NCBI GenBank assembly: GCA_028712075.1
Contig: JAQTQX010000019.1
Span: 25,896-89,895, forward strand
Direction: 5' to 3'
Length of the DNA: 64,000 bases
Source of the DNA: Desulfuromonadaceae bacterium
GTDB lineage: Bacteria > Desulfobacterota > Desulfuromonadia > Geobacterales > Pseudopelobacteraceae
This document shows, piece after piece, positions 36,837-46,625 of this stretch (its first letter is position 1; each line of letters starts with the position of its first letter). The notes under the pieces are model-generated. The model made no database searches and was not told the origin of the DNA. It saw nothing but the letters and a program-made list of their open reading frames with translations. The position numbers were made by a program, and so were the translations under genes.

Positions 36837-36941
36837 GTTAGTTCACATCTCCGGAAATGTACGTATGTCAGTACCGCCATATAGTAATGGCAATTGACAA
36901 ATATCACACGAGTTTCTACTATGCCCGAAAGGGGTACGTGA

Positions 36942-37208
36942 ATGCATAGTACAATCTCCATTATCGGGCTGTTGTTTTTTGCTCTCGTTATAAATATACC
37001 ATGCGGTTATATTCGTCAAAATTTCCCCAAGTATTCCCTTATGTGGTTTTTTTTGATTCATCTGCCGATTCCTCTTATTGTTATATTACGAATCAAAGCC
37101 GGTCTTAACTGGTATTTTATCCCCATCACGCTCGGCAGTTCGGTGGCCGGACAAATAATTGGCGGTGCGCTCAGCCGCCGGAAAAAGCAGAATGACAAAG
37201 CGCCCTAG
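36942..37208 (+). CDS. small hydrophobic membrane protein (88 aa)
   Basis: Three hydrophobic segments. I recognise no family. Confidence 0.4.
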   Translation: MHSTISIIGLLFFALVINIPCGYIRQNFPKYSLMWFFLIHLPIPLIVILRIKAGLNWYFIPITLGSSVAGQIIGGALSRRKKQNDKAP

Positions 37209-37665
37209 AATGACATATCCTCGTGATTTGCCCGCACTGCTGGAAGAGAGCCTTGCAAAACTGGGGCTGGCTGAGCGTGTGCGTGAGGCCGAAATTTGGC
37301 GGATCTGGCCGGAGGTTGTCGGAGCAACGCTTTGCTGCCGGGCTCAACCGGTACGGATTATCAACGGCACCTTGACGGTTGCTGTTTCAAGTGCCCCCTG
37401 GATGCAAGAACTCCGCTTTATGACGGCACTGATGAAAGAAAAGCTTAACAGCCGACTTGGTGCCGAGGTTGTCCGTGATATCGTGTTGAAGGCGGGCAGG
37501 GTAGACGAGCCGGTTGCAGAAATCCCTGACGAAAACGCCTCTCCCCTCCCCATATCTTCGGATCAGTTGGCCCTGATGGCTGAACAGTCAGCATTGATTT
37601 CCGATCCGGAAACCCGCCAGGCCTTTATCGAGTTAATGCAGACCAGCATGGCCAGCCAGCGTTGA
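37192..37665 (+). CDS. DUF721 (DciA-like) protein
   Basis: EAEIWRIWPEVVGATLCCRAQPVRIINGTLTVAVSSAPWMQELRF. An alternative start is at 37210, directly after the upstream stop. Confidence 0.7.
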   Translation: MTKRPRMTYPRDLPALLEESLAKLGLAERVREAEIWRIWPEVVGATLCCRAQPVRIINGTLTVAVSSAPWMQELRFMTALMKEKLNSRLGAEVVRDIVLKAGRVDEPVAEIPDENASPLPISSDQLALMAEQSALISDPETRQAFIELMQTSMASQR

Positions 37666-39345
37666 TCAGGAACGGGTCAACTGACGGTATTTGATCCGGT
37701 GCGGAATATCAGCGGCCGCCCCCAGCCGCTTCCTGCGATCCTCTTCATATTCCGAATAATTTCCCTCATACCAGACCGCTTTGGAATCACCCTCAAAGGC
37801 GAGTATATGGGTGGCGATGCGGTCAAGGAACCACCTGTCGTGGCTGATAACAACCGCGCACCCGGCAAAATTTTCAAGCGCCTCTTCCAAGGCTCTCATG
37901 GTGTTAACATCCAGATCATTGGTTGGTTCATCGAGCAGAATAACATTAGCTCCGCTCTTCAGTATTTTGGCGAGATGGACGCGATTGCGTTCGCCGCCCG
38001 AAAGCATGCCCACTTTTTTCTGTTGGTCACTGCCGGAAAAGTTAAAGCGGGAGACATACGCCCGTGAATTAACGGTCACTTTACCAAGCGGAATCGCTTC
38101 CTGACCTTCAGAAATCTCTTCCCAGATCGTTTTGTCAGGATTCAGGGTATCGCGACTTTGGTCCACATACGCCAGTTGCACGGTGTCACCGATGCGGAAT
38201 GAACCTGAATCTGCAACCTCCTGGCCGGTAATCATACGGAACAGTGTGGTCTTGCCGGCTCCGTTCGGGCCAATAATGCCGACAATGCCGCCGCGCGGCA
38301 GGCGGAAGGTCATATCTTCAACCAATATTCTTTCTCCATACCCTTTGGCAACATGGTCTGCTTCAATGACAATATCCCCCAGTCGTGGGCCTGGCGGCAG
38401 AAAAATCTCAAGCTCCCGGGCATGTTTTTCGCTTTCCTGGGCAACCAGTTCCTCATACGCGCTGATACGCGCCTGAGATTTGGCATGGCGTCCCTTGGGC
38501 GACATTTTGATCCATTCAAGTTCGCGCTGCAGGGTTTTTTGACGATCACTTTCCTGTTTCTCTTCGTTGGCAAGGCGATTCTGCTTCTGCTCAAGCCAGG
38601 AAGAGTAATTGCCTTTCCAGGGGATGCCTTCACCCCGGTCCAGTTCCAGAATCCAACCGGCGACATTGTCGAGAAAATAACGGTCGTGAGTAACGGCAAT
38701 GACGGTGCCGGGATATGCATGCAGGTGATGCTCGAGCCAGGCGACGGTTTCGGCGTCAAGATGGTTGGTCGGTTCATCCAGGAGCAGAATATCCGGTTTT
38801 TTCAGCAGCAGACGGCAGAGTGCAACCCGGCGCTTTTCGCCGCCGGAGAGAACTTTAATCGACGTGTCTCTGTCAGGGCAGCGGAGGGCATCCATTGCCA
38901 TTTCCAGGCGTGAATCGAGATCCCATGCATCGAGATGATCAAGCTTTTCCTGGAGAACCGCCTGGCGGTCACACAACTTTTCAAAATCGGCATCCGGCTC
39001 AGAAAACTTGTCCGTGATAGCGTTGAATTCGGCGAGTAAATCGACGGTTTCCTGTACCCCTTCTTCGACAATCTGTCTGACGGTCTTGGTTTCGTCCAAC
39101 AGTGGTTCCTGTTCAAGATAGCCGACGGTATATCCCTGAGACAACACCGCCTGACCGTTAAATTCCTTGTCAACACCGGCCATTATCCGTAGCAGGGTTG
39201 ATTTTCCCGATCCGTTCAAGCCGAGTACGCCGATCTTGGCGCCGTAAAAATAGGAAAGTGAAATGTCCTTTATAATCGGCTTCTTGTCGTAAAATTTGCT
39301 GACCCGCATCATTGAATAAATAATCTTGTTTGGTTCGACAGCCAT
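37666..39345 (-). CDS. ettA: ABC-F ATPase, energy-dependent translational throttle EttA
   Basis: Two ABC cassettes (GLNGSGKSTLLRIMAG, LSGGEKRRVAL, GPNGAGKTTLF, LSGGERNRV). The N-terminus aligns with EttA. ATG 39345 follows a GGAGG RBS. Confidence 0.9.
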   Translation of the reverse strand: MAVEPNKIIYSMMRVSKFYDKKPIIKDISLSYFYGAKIGVLGLNGSGKSTLLRIMAGVDKEFNGQAVLSQGYTVGYLEQEPLLDETKTVRQIVEEGVQETVDLLAEFNAITDKFSEPDADFEKLCDRQAVLQEKLDHLDAWDLDSRLEMAMDALRCPDRDTSIKVLSGGEKRRVALCRLLLKKPDILLLDEPTNHLDAETVAWLEHHLHAYPGTVIAVTHDRYFLDNVAGWILELDRGEGIPWKGNYSSWLEQKQNRLANEEKQESDRQKTLQRELEWIKMSPKGRHAKSQARISAYEELVAQESEKHARELEIFLPPGPRLGDIVIEADHVAKGYGERILVEDMTFRLPRGGIVGIIGPNGAGKTTLFRMITGQEVADSGSFRIGDTVQLAYVDQSRDTLNPDKTIWEEISEGQEAIPLGKVTVNSRAYVSRFNFSGSDQQKKVGMLSGGERNRVHLAKILKSGANVILLDEPTNDLDVNTMRALEEALENFAGCAVVISHDRWFLDRIATHILAFEGDSKAVWYEGNYSEYEEDRRKRLGAAADIPHRIKYRQLTRS

Positions 39346-39483
39346 GATGATCCTCCACATAATTCAACAGAAATAACTGAAACGAGTCCCTTTTTACACG
39401 CCGTGTGAGTCCGGTGTCAATTGCTTTGGATAGTGCCATCCTGAATATGTCGAGTATGCAATAATATCCTGGTGTGCAATAAC

Positions 39484-39511
39484 TTGACAAACAGGACCAA
39501 TGTGGTATTGT
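39484..39511 (+). promoter_or_regulatory. Candidate sigma-70 promoter (TTGACA-N16-TATTGT with TG extension)
   Basis: -35 at 39484-39489 and TGgTATTGT at 39503-39511, about 30 nt upstream of ATG 39544. Confidence 0.35.
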
Positions 39512-39543
39512 TTACCCACATTCCATACAGGAGGAAAATTTCT

Positions 39544-40035
39544 ATGAGCATGAACGTTCAGGAAGCTATCAAGCGCTCCATCCATACAGAAAAAAATGCG
39601 ATGAATTTTTATCAACTAGGTGCTGAGAAGTGTAAAAATCCTGATGCCCTCCGTACCTTTAAGCTTCTGGCCGCGGAAGAACGGGAGCACGCCGCGCATT
39701 TCTACAAGATATACCAAGGGGGGGATATCCCTTCATTGGAAGACTTCCTGAATTCCCCACCTGACCACGAATCGAGCTGGATGTCTACTATTGAACGCCT
39801 CATTTCTGCGGACTTCAGTGAACAGAAAGCGCTTGAACTGGCTTTGGAACGTGAAATAAATCTTGAAGAGGCACTGCTCGAAACGGCTTCAAAGGTTGAT
39901 GACCCGGCCATCAAAGCTGTCTACGAGTTGAATGCCATGGAAACAAGGCACCATTATGAGCTCATTGAGTCGGAATACGCACGTTTGATGGGGATGGTTC
40001 ATGAATCTGATATAGATACGTTCGTGCGAGAATAG
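39544..40035 (+). CDS. ferritin-like/rubrerythrin-family protein (no rubredoxin domain)
   Basis: E...E..H diiron motifs (AAEEREHAAHF; ALEREINLEEA; ETRHH). ATG 39544 follows an AGGAGGA RBS. Confidence 0.7.
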   Translation: MSMNVQEAIKRSIHTEKNAMNFYQLGAEKCKNPDALRTFKLLAAEEREHAAHFYKIYQGGDIPSLEDFLNSPPDHESSWMSTIERLISADFSEQKALELALEREINLEEALLETASKVDDPAIKAVYELNAMETRHHYELIESEYARLMGMVHESDIDTFVRE

Positions 40036-40062
40036 CAGCAGTCGTTTATGGCTTACGGTCGG

Positions 40063-40086
40063 CAAGGGCGCAGTGATGCGCCCTTG
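40063..40086 (+). terminator. GC-rich hairpin after the ferritin-like gene
   Basis: CAAGGGCGC-AGTGAT-GCGCCCTTG. The T-tract is weak. Confidence 0.4.
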
Positions 40087-40127
40087 GTGTATGGAGCCCT
40101 ACCTTACTGAGTGGAAAAGGATTGTAC

Positions 40128-40637
40128 ATGCAGGAATCATCTTCTCAACTATCAGTGCTTGTGCTCGGCATCGGCAATCTTGTCATGAGCGATGATGCTG
40201 TTGGCGTTCTCGTTGCCCAGCGGCTTCAGCAAGAGTATCAGTTTCCCGGCAACGTTGAAATTTTGGATGGGGGCACCCTCGGACTGGATTTGCTGCCCAA
40301 ATTGGAGCGAATAACCAACCTTATCATCATAGATGCCGTTGAGACCGGAAGAGAAGCCGGCAGTTGTGTGCGATTAAGCGGCCAGGAGTTGCCTATTGCC
40401 CTTCAAACCAAGCTGTCGCCGCATCAGATGGGCCTCAAGGATCTTCTTGCGGTGTCGGAGCTCATGGGACATACACCGCAGGAAATGGTGCTGATTGGCG
40501 TACAGCCGGGATCAATAGACATGGAGGTCGGCTTGACACCAGCTGTTGCTGCCCAGCTTGACACGCTCGTGTCCGCCGTTCTGGCAGAATTAAGCATCTG
40601 GGGAATTTCTGTACGCATGTTGCAAACTGTGAACTGA
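40128..40637 (+). CDS. [NiFe]-hydrogenase maturation endopeptidase (HyaD/HybD family)
   Basis: VLVLGIGNLVMSDDAVGV, IIIDAV and LSPHQMGLKDLL. Confidence 0.8.
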   Translation: MQESSSQLSVLVLGIGNLVMSDDAVGVLVAQRLQQEYQFPGNVEILDGGTLGLDLLPKLERITNLIIIDAVETGREAGSCVRLSGQELPIALQTKLSPHQMGLKDLLAVSELMGHTPQEMVLIGVQPGSIDMEVGLTPAVAAQLDTLVSAVLAELSIWGISVRMLQTVN

Positions 40638-40691
40638 GATGAGTGACTCTGCAGCACTATTGGAAACATTATATTATGCCATTAGCCTAAT

Positions 40692-41525
40692 TCAATTTTT
40701 CTGGTTACCCTGCCCATCATTTAATGTTTCTTCTTCCCCGACATCTTCCGCCTCCTCATTTTTCTTAATCCCATCTGTGCCATTAACTTTGACCGGATTG
40801 TTTGTAACGGTTTCTTCCTGAATCTGCCAGTCCGGAACGACTGGTGACGGCGTAACAGGGGTCTCGTACTCGCGACTGCGGGTTGTCTTTCCGAGAGAAT
40901 CAGTTGCACTGATCGTATAACGGAGGCCGGTGCTGTCCGGCGGCACACCGGGAAGAGTCGCACTGTAGGTATAATGCGTACCGCCGACTTTTTCCATTTT
41001 CAGCGTCGATGATGCATTCTTGTCAATGCCATGGATTGTGCAGGTGACCTCTGTAATTATCCCCGGGCTACTGACGACCGTGTGGATGATGGTCTTTCTG
41101 TCGGAGACAACAAAGCTGTAGGGAAAGTGCTGAATTATAATGTCTTCACGCTTTGGTGATACCGTGGCTGCGACCGGGGAGGGGGTGCGGGTGTCTTTAC
41201 TCGAAATATGTTCCGTCTCGGGTGATGGTGCAGCTTGGCCAGATGGCTTGTCTGGTCGGGTGATTCCCACAGGGAGAGGAGCGGGAGTGACGGATCGCAA
41301 AAACTTCTTTTTTGAGCTGCCTGCAGACCGCTTTGAGGGGGTCCTTTTTTTTACCTTGTCAAGCTCGCTTAAAGGTATGTCAAAATCAGTTCCACTGCTT
41401 ACTGCAGGCTCTGCCGAAACGGTATGCACCTGTATAAAAGCACATGCTGACACAATGAAAATGGCATTGAGAAGATGCACGAGCGCTGGCCTACCTGATT
41501 TCATACGGGAGTATCCTTTCATCAT
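40692..41525 (-). CDS. secreted hypothetical protein with Pro/Ser-rich linker and Ig-like C-terminal domain
   Basis: N-terminal signal-like segment LLNAIFIVSACAFIQVHTVSA. I recognise no family. Confidence 0.45.
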   Translation of the reverse strand: MMKGYSRMKSGRPALVHLLNAIFIVSACAFIQVHTVSAEPAVSSGTDFDIPLSELDKVKKRTPSKRSAGSSKKKFLRSVTPAPLPVGITRPDKPSGQAAPSPETEHISSKDTRTPSPVAATVSPKREDIIIQHFPYSFVVSDRKTIIHTVVSSPGIITEVTCTIHGIDKNASSTLKMEKVGGTHYTYSATLPGVPPDSTGLRYTISATDSLGKTTRSREYETPVTPSPVVPDWQIQEETVTNNPVKVNGTDGIKKNEEAEDVGEEETLNDGQGNQKN

Positions 41526-41541
41526 TCACTTTGTATGTGCA

Positions 41542-42927
41542 CTACCCGACTTCACTGTATTCCCGGACCCGAAAATCAGCCCCCAGTGATTCTGCCAAAC
41601 GGCGGCACGCCTCAATGTCTATGCCCGGTACGGTAACAGCAGTGGCAGTTACGTTCGGAATGTATGCGGTTGCGGTACGGATGAAGTCGCAAATGCCGGC
41701 AAACCCGGTTTCACCGTAGGGGGTATTACAGAGTTGGTTGTAGGTTCGTGCATCAGGAGCATTCAGGCTGACGGAAACAACATCAACTAAACCGACCAGT
41801 TCCGGCAGGATAGTGCGGCCATGAACCTGGTTGGCCTGACCATCTGTATTGATTCGAATGAGGTAGCCGCGCCGTTTCAGTTCGCCAGCCACCTGTTTTA
41901 CGAGCTCAAGCCGTATAAGAGGTTCACCGAAACCGCAAAAAACAATTTCTTCAATACCGTCCGGTTGTCCGACCGCCGCAAGAACCTCCTCAAGTGAGGG
42001 CTCATGCTCCAGCATCAGATTATGCCCTTTGACCGTTAAATCATCAAATTTCGGGCAGAAAGTACAGTGATTCGAACAGCGGTTAGTGACGTTCAGATAG
42101 AGTGAGTTGCGAATTCGGTACGCTATTTTAGTCGATTGGTCCCATATCTGGATACCGAACAGATTACCGGCATTCTTTGTCGTAATACGGGCAACGTCCG
42201 CAAAAGATAATCCTTTGACTTCGGCGAGTTTCTCGGCGGCAAGCCTCACGTATGCCGGCTCGTTACGGGTGCCGCGATGAGGAGCCGGAGTCAGGTACGG
42301 GCAGTCGGTTTCCACCAGCATGCGGTCGATGCTGATGGCAGAAACCACATCACGCAGACTCTGGTTGCTCGGGAAGGTAATTGTTCCGGGAATCGATATA
42401 TAAAAACCGAGTTTTGTCGCCTCGGACGCCATGGCGGTATCACCGGAAAAACAGTGCAGCACACCTTTTCTCGGCACTTCTTCCCGCAGGATTGGCATAA
42501 TTCGTTCATGGGCATCGCGGTCGTGGATAATGACCGGTTTATCCAATTCAGCGGCCATTCGGAGAAATCGACGGAATACAAGTTCCTGGAGGTCTCGCGG
42601 GGAGCGGTCACGATAGAAGTCAAGCCCAATTTCCCCTATGGCAACTACTTTTGGGCTGGAAACTGCGAGATCTCTGATGATGTCATAGCAGGTATCCGAA
42701 ACCCGGGCGGCATCATGCGGATGGATACCGACAGTGGCGTACAATTGCGGATATTTTTCGGCAAGCTCGACTGATTCACGGCTTGACTCGATATCAGTGC
42801 CAACGACAATAATGGCTGATACTCCGGCATCTTCTGCGCGTTTCAGCATATCATCAAAGTCAGCCGCATAGTCGCGATAGTATATGTGAGCATGAGAATC
42901 GATTAAAACGGATTGCTGCAACGACAT
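41542..42927 (-). CDS. TatD-family hydrolase fused to a TatD-associated radical SAM domain
   Basis: The N-terminal ~255 aa are TatD-like (IDSHAHI, GEIGLDFYR, IIHDRDAH, HCFSG, ETDCPYL). The C-terminal ~200 aa carry LNVTNRCSNHCTFCPK (CX3CX2C). Confidence 0.85.
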   Translation of the reverse strand: MSLQQSVLIDSHAHIYYRDYAADFDDMLKRAEDAGVSAIIVVGTDIESSRESVELAEKYPQLYATVGIHPHDAARVSDTCYDIIRDLAVSSPKVVAIGEIGLDFYRDRSPRDLQELVFRRFLRMAAELDKPVIIHDRDAHERIMPILREEVPRKGVLHCFSGDTAMASEATKLGFYISIPGTITFPSNQSLRDVVSAISIDRMLVETDCPYLTPAPHRGTRNEPAYVRLAAEKLAEVKGLSFADVARITTKNAGNLFGIQIWDQSTKIAYRIRNSLYLNVTNRCSNHCTFCPKFDDLTVKGHNLMLEHEPSLEEVLAAVGQPDGIEEIVFCGFGEPLIRLELVKQVAGELKRRGYLIRINTDGQANQVHGRTILPELVGLVDVVSVSLNAPDARTYNQLCNTPYGETGFAGICDFIRTATAYIPNVTATAVTVPGIDIEACRRLAESLGADFRVREYSEVG

Positions 42928-43727
42928 TATGAGCCTTTCAATTCCTCTTTGAGTCCTTCGATAACCGCCTTTACCTCGGCGATCATGTCGGCAGCCTGTA
43001 CGGATTTCTCATGTTTCAGGTAACTTTCAAAGCAGGTAATTGCATCTGCAATACGATCCTGGTCCATGCAGATGCCACCGAGTGTCAGGTATGCCATACT
43101 GTAGGCGGGATCGAGCTGTACCGCTTTACGACAGGAATCCTCGGCTTCTTCAAGCTCTTCAAGATCGTAATACAACTCGCCCAGGTTGAAATGGGCCGCC
43201 GGATCCTCAGGGTCTATTTCAACTCCTTTACTGAAGGCGGCGATAGCACCTTCAACATCTCCCTGCCCGTAGAGGGCGTCCCCCAGAGCGTTGAGGGCAA
43301 ACACGTTTTCCGGTTCAAGCTCAAGTGCCTGGCGAAAGGCGCGAATCGCATCCTCACTACGATCCTGACTGTTGTACACCAGACCGATGCTCACAATGGC
43401 GTCGGCATCCTTGGGGTCTATCTCAAGAACGCTTTGGTAGCAGGCGAGAGCTTCTTTCTGCTTGCCGGATTCAAGCAGCATATCACCGAGCGTCGTCAAC
43501 GCGTCGGCATCCTCTGGAGATAGAGCGAGCCCCTCTCGGTAGTGTGCGATGGCATCATTTAGACGTCCCTCCTCAGCCAGCGCGTCCCCGAGGTAAAACC
43601 AGCTTTCCGGAAGTGTTTTATTCTGTTCCCAGTAATCTTTAAAAACGGAAACTGCCTCTGTGACTTTTCCGTGGTCAAGAAGTACAAGCCCTTTTTGTAC
43701 GGTGCTGTTGAGAACGGTATCGTTCAT
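42927..43727 (-). CDS. TPR-repeat protein
   Basis: About seven tandem 34-aa TPR-like units (A..Y...L...P....A...LG). Confidence 0.85.
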   Translation of the reverse strand: MNDTVLNSTVQKGLVLLDHGKVTEAVSVFKDYWEQNKTLPESWFYLGDALAEEGRLNDAIAHYREGLALSPEDADALTTLGDMLLESGKQKEALACYQSVLEIDPKDADAIVSIGLVYNSQDRSEDAIRAFRQALELEPENVFALNALGDALYGQGDVEGAIAAFSKGVEIDPEDPAAHFNLGELYYDLEELEEAEDSCRKAVQLDPAYSMAYLTLGGICMDQDRIADAITCFESYLKHEKSVQAADMIAEVKAVIEGLKEELKGS

Positions 43728-43785
43728 TGGAATATTCCTTTCGTATATTTGCCTGGATGTGCCAGGGGTCAGCCGGTACAGGTTT

Positions 43786-44232
43786 TCAGGTTATAAGATC
43801 CACCACAAGGCCTTTGATGCCGATAACCTTTGCCGTAATGGCCATACTGTCGCGATTTTCCTTAACGATAAGATTGTAAAGAGTGTCAGCTTCATGATTA
43901 ATTATGGTGATTATTTCGTAATAGCGTGGGTTCTGGGGGGTGCCGCCGAACTTTTCCAGCCGGTATGCATCCGCACTGACTCTTTTAGCAAGAGTACTCA
44001 AGAGATCCCGGAACTGCTTGAAATTTTTGAGCGTCGGCTCGGAAGTCAGTAGATTTCCGGCCTTCTCGATTTCGGCCCGAAGGACCTCAACTCCACCTTG
44101 GTGCGAATGTGCCCCCTCTTCCTGCTGACGCAGCTCATCAGCAAATACCGAACCCAGGGTTTTACTCAGCAGTGAGGGGCTTTTCGAATTTTTATCAAGT
44201 TCCCGTAGTGACGACGAATCCTCAATACGCAT
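43786..44232 (-). CDS. DUF327 (YaaR-like) protein
   Basis: TLKNFKQFRDLL...YEIITIINHEADTLYNLI....MAITAKVIGIKGLVVDL. I place the start at ATG 44232. Confidence 0.65.
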   Translation of the reverse strand: MRIEDSSSLRELDKNSKSPSLLSKTLGSVFADELRQQEEGAHSHQGGVEVLRAEIEKAGNLLTSEPTLKNFKQFRDLLSTLAKRVSADAYRLEKFGGTPQNPRYYEIITIINHEADTLYNLIVKENRDSMAITAKVIGIKGLVVDLIT

Positions 44233-44381
44233 ACACGTGACTCTCCCGCTGGCATTTTTGAGACAGACAGTATCATACCAGAGATCAAACGGCAATTGAT
44301 GCAAAAATGCAACAATGAGTTTAAATCATATTTCTTCTATGCTAGAATCCGCATGCGTTTTATGAAAGGAATTCAGGCCGT

Positions 44382-46598
44382 ATGAACGACAGGGTGTCAG
44401 AGGTAGAACGAAAAAAACGGTTTCGTGAAGCGGTTGTCATCGTTCTGGCCGTTATCCTGATCGTTTTTCTGACCAAGGCTGAAATCAGTCTGACCCAGTT
44501 GAGTTCAGATGCACGGCTTGGCAGCAACATTGCGATTTTTGCTGTGATCAACGTCGTCATACTGCTGGTCATACTGTTGGTATATCTGGTCAGTCGTAAT
44601 GTGGTGAAGCTGTTTGTTGAGAGCCGGTCAAATCCTCTTGCCAAAAAACTGCGTACGAAACTGGTTCTGTCATTTGTTGCTTTGTCGCTCGTTCCCACAC
44701 TTCTGCTGTTTTTTGCCGCAGCCGGATTCATCAACAATACCGTACATAACTGGTTCAATACCCAGGTGGAAACGTCCTTAAGTGAATCACTGGAAGTTGC
44801 CCAGACGTACTACCGGAATTCGGCATCCAATTCACTGTATTACGGTCGGCAGATCAGCCGGTTTATCAAAGAGCGGAAGCTGCTTAACGAGGCGAACCTG
44901 CCCCAGTTGAAACAGCTTATCCATCAGAAACAGATCGAATACAATCTCGGCGTGGTTGAAGTGTACTCCGCTCAGCGCGAGGAGTTGGTACGGGCGTCAA
45001 ATCCGGCGGTGCCCAAGGCGGATTTCACTAATCCTTCGTCTGAAGATATCAAGCGAGGTTTTGCAGGGGAGGAGCTTACCAGAGTAAACCAGGCGGGAAA
45101 AGCGGATCTGATACGCGGCATTGTGCCGATACGTTCAACATGGAACGAAACCGACGTCGTCGGTGTCGTTGTTGTCAATTATTATGTGCCGTATTCACTG
45201 GTCAACAAGATGAAGGAGATCACTGCATCGTACCATGAGTTTCGTCAGCTCAAAATTCTGAAAAATCCGATTCGGACCGGCTACATATTGACGCTCTTTC
45301 TGATTGCGATGGTCATCGTCTTTTTTGCCTACTGGATGGGTGTGTATCTGGCAAACAGCATGACCAAGCCGCTTCAGGAGTTGGTCCGTGCCACGCACGA
45401 AGTGGCGGAGGGTAATTTGGATGTCCGTATAGAATCCTACACTGCTGACGAAATTGGCATGCTTGTTCAGTCCTTTAATATGATGACCGATGATTTGCGT
45501 ACCAAACAGAACGCCCTGAATGTATCCAATCTCGAACTGATGCACAGCAATCAGGAGATCGAGCGTCGTCAACAGTATATGGAGATTGTCCTGCGTAATG
45601 TTGCAGCTGGAGTCATTTCAGTTGACAGTGAGGGCATCCTGCGCACGATAAACACTTCTGCCGAGCGTCTGCTCGGGTTACATGCGGCAAACGTTATTGG
45701 AAAAAACTTTCGTGAGGTTATTAGTGACAAGAATCTTGAATTTGCCCAGGATACGATCAAGGAGTTGCTCCAGTCAAAGCATGGCACAGTAAGCAAACAG
45801 GCGTTTCTTGATATTCGCGGTTCACGGGTTGCCTTGCAGCTTAACCTGACGATTTTGCGTACGGTAAATGGTGAAGTACTGGGTATAGTAGCCGTGCTTG
45901 ATGATCTGACACAGATGATGCGGGCCCAGCGCATGGCTGCGTGGCGAGAAGTTGCCCGTCGAATAGCCCATGAAATTAAAAATCCACTGACGCCAATTCA
46001 GCTGTCAGCACAGCGTCTCAGAAAACGGTATCTTGCCCGGTTCAGCGACGATGAGAAGGTTTTTGACGAGTGTACCGGCATGATAATCAAGTCGGTTGAA
46101 GATCTCAAAAACCTGGTAAACGAATTTTCCAATTTTGCCCGTATGCCCGCTATTCAACCTGAGCCGAATGATCTGAACGGGTTGATTCGTGAATCGTTGA
46201 CCCTGTACCAGGAGGCTCATCGAGGGGTGCGATTCGATGTTGTCCTTGATGCGCGTCTGCCGCTGCTATCAATTGATCGCGATCAAATCAGGCGGGTTTT
46301 TATCAACATTCTGGAAAATGCTGTAGCGGCCATGGGGGAGCAGGGAAGTGTTGTCGTAAAGACATATTTTGATGACGGGTTGAAAATGGCGGTTATCAGC
46401 ATTGCTGATGATGGGCCCGGAATACCTCCCGAGGATAAACCGCGCCTGTTTGAACCGTATTTTTCTACAAAGAAAAGTGGTACCGGTCTCGGTCTGGCTA
46501 TTGTCAGCAGCGTTATTACAGATCATGGCGGATTTGTCAGGATTCGCGACAACGTCCCGCACGGTGCAGTTTTTGTCATTGAGCTGCCGGTCGGATAA
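44382..46598 (+). CDS. NtrY-like sensor histidine kinase (TM-HAMP-PAS-HisKA-HATPase)
   Basis: Multiple N-terminal TM segments, a HAMP domain, a PAS domain, H-box RRIAHEIKNPLTPIQL and G-boxes DDGPGIP and GTGLGLAIV. Confidence 0.9.
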   Translation: MNDRVSEVERKKRFREAVVIVLAVILIVFLTKAEISLTQLSSDARLGSNIAIFAVINVVILLVILLVYLVSRNVVKLFVESRSNPLAKKLRTKLVLSFVALSLVPTLLLFFAAAGFINNTVHNWFNTQVETSLSESLEVAQTYYRNSASNSLYYGRQISRFIKERKLLNEANLPQLKQLIHQKQIEYNLGVVEVYSAQREELVRASNPAVPKADFTNPSSEDIKRGFAGEELTRVNQAGKADLIRGIVPIRSTWNETDVVGVVVVNYYVPYSLVNKMKEITASYHEFRQLKILKNPIRTGYILTLFLIAMVIVFFAYWMGVYLANSMTKPLQELVRATHEVAEGNLDVRIESYTADEIGMLVQSFNMMTDDLRTKQNALNVSNLELMHSNQEIERRQQYMEIVLRNVAAGVISVDSEGILRTINTSAERLLGLHAANVIGKNFREVISDKNLEFAQDTIKELLQSKHGTVSKQAFLDIRGSRVALQLNLTILRTVNGEVLGIVAVLDDLTQMMRAQRMAAWREVARRIAHEIKNPLTPIQLSAQRLRKRYLARFSDDEKVFDECTGMIIKSVEDLKNLVNEFSNFARMPAIQPEPNDLNGLIRESLTLYQEAHRGVRFDVVLDARLPLLSIDRDQIRRVFINILENAVAAMGEQGSVVVKTYFDDGLKMAVISIADDGPGIPPEDKPRLFEPYFSTKKSGTGLGLAIVSSVITDHGGFVRIRDNVPHGAVFVIELPVG

Positions 46599-46625
46599 GA
46601 TTCAGGTTTTATGTGAGGAGTTGCT

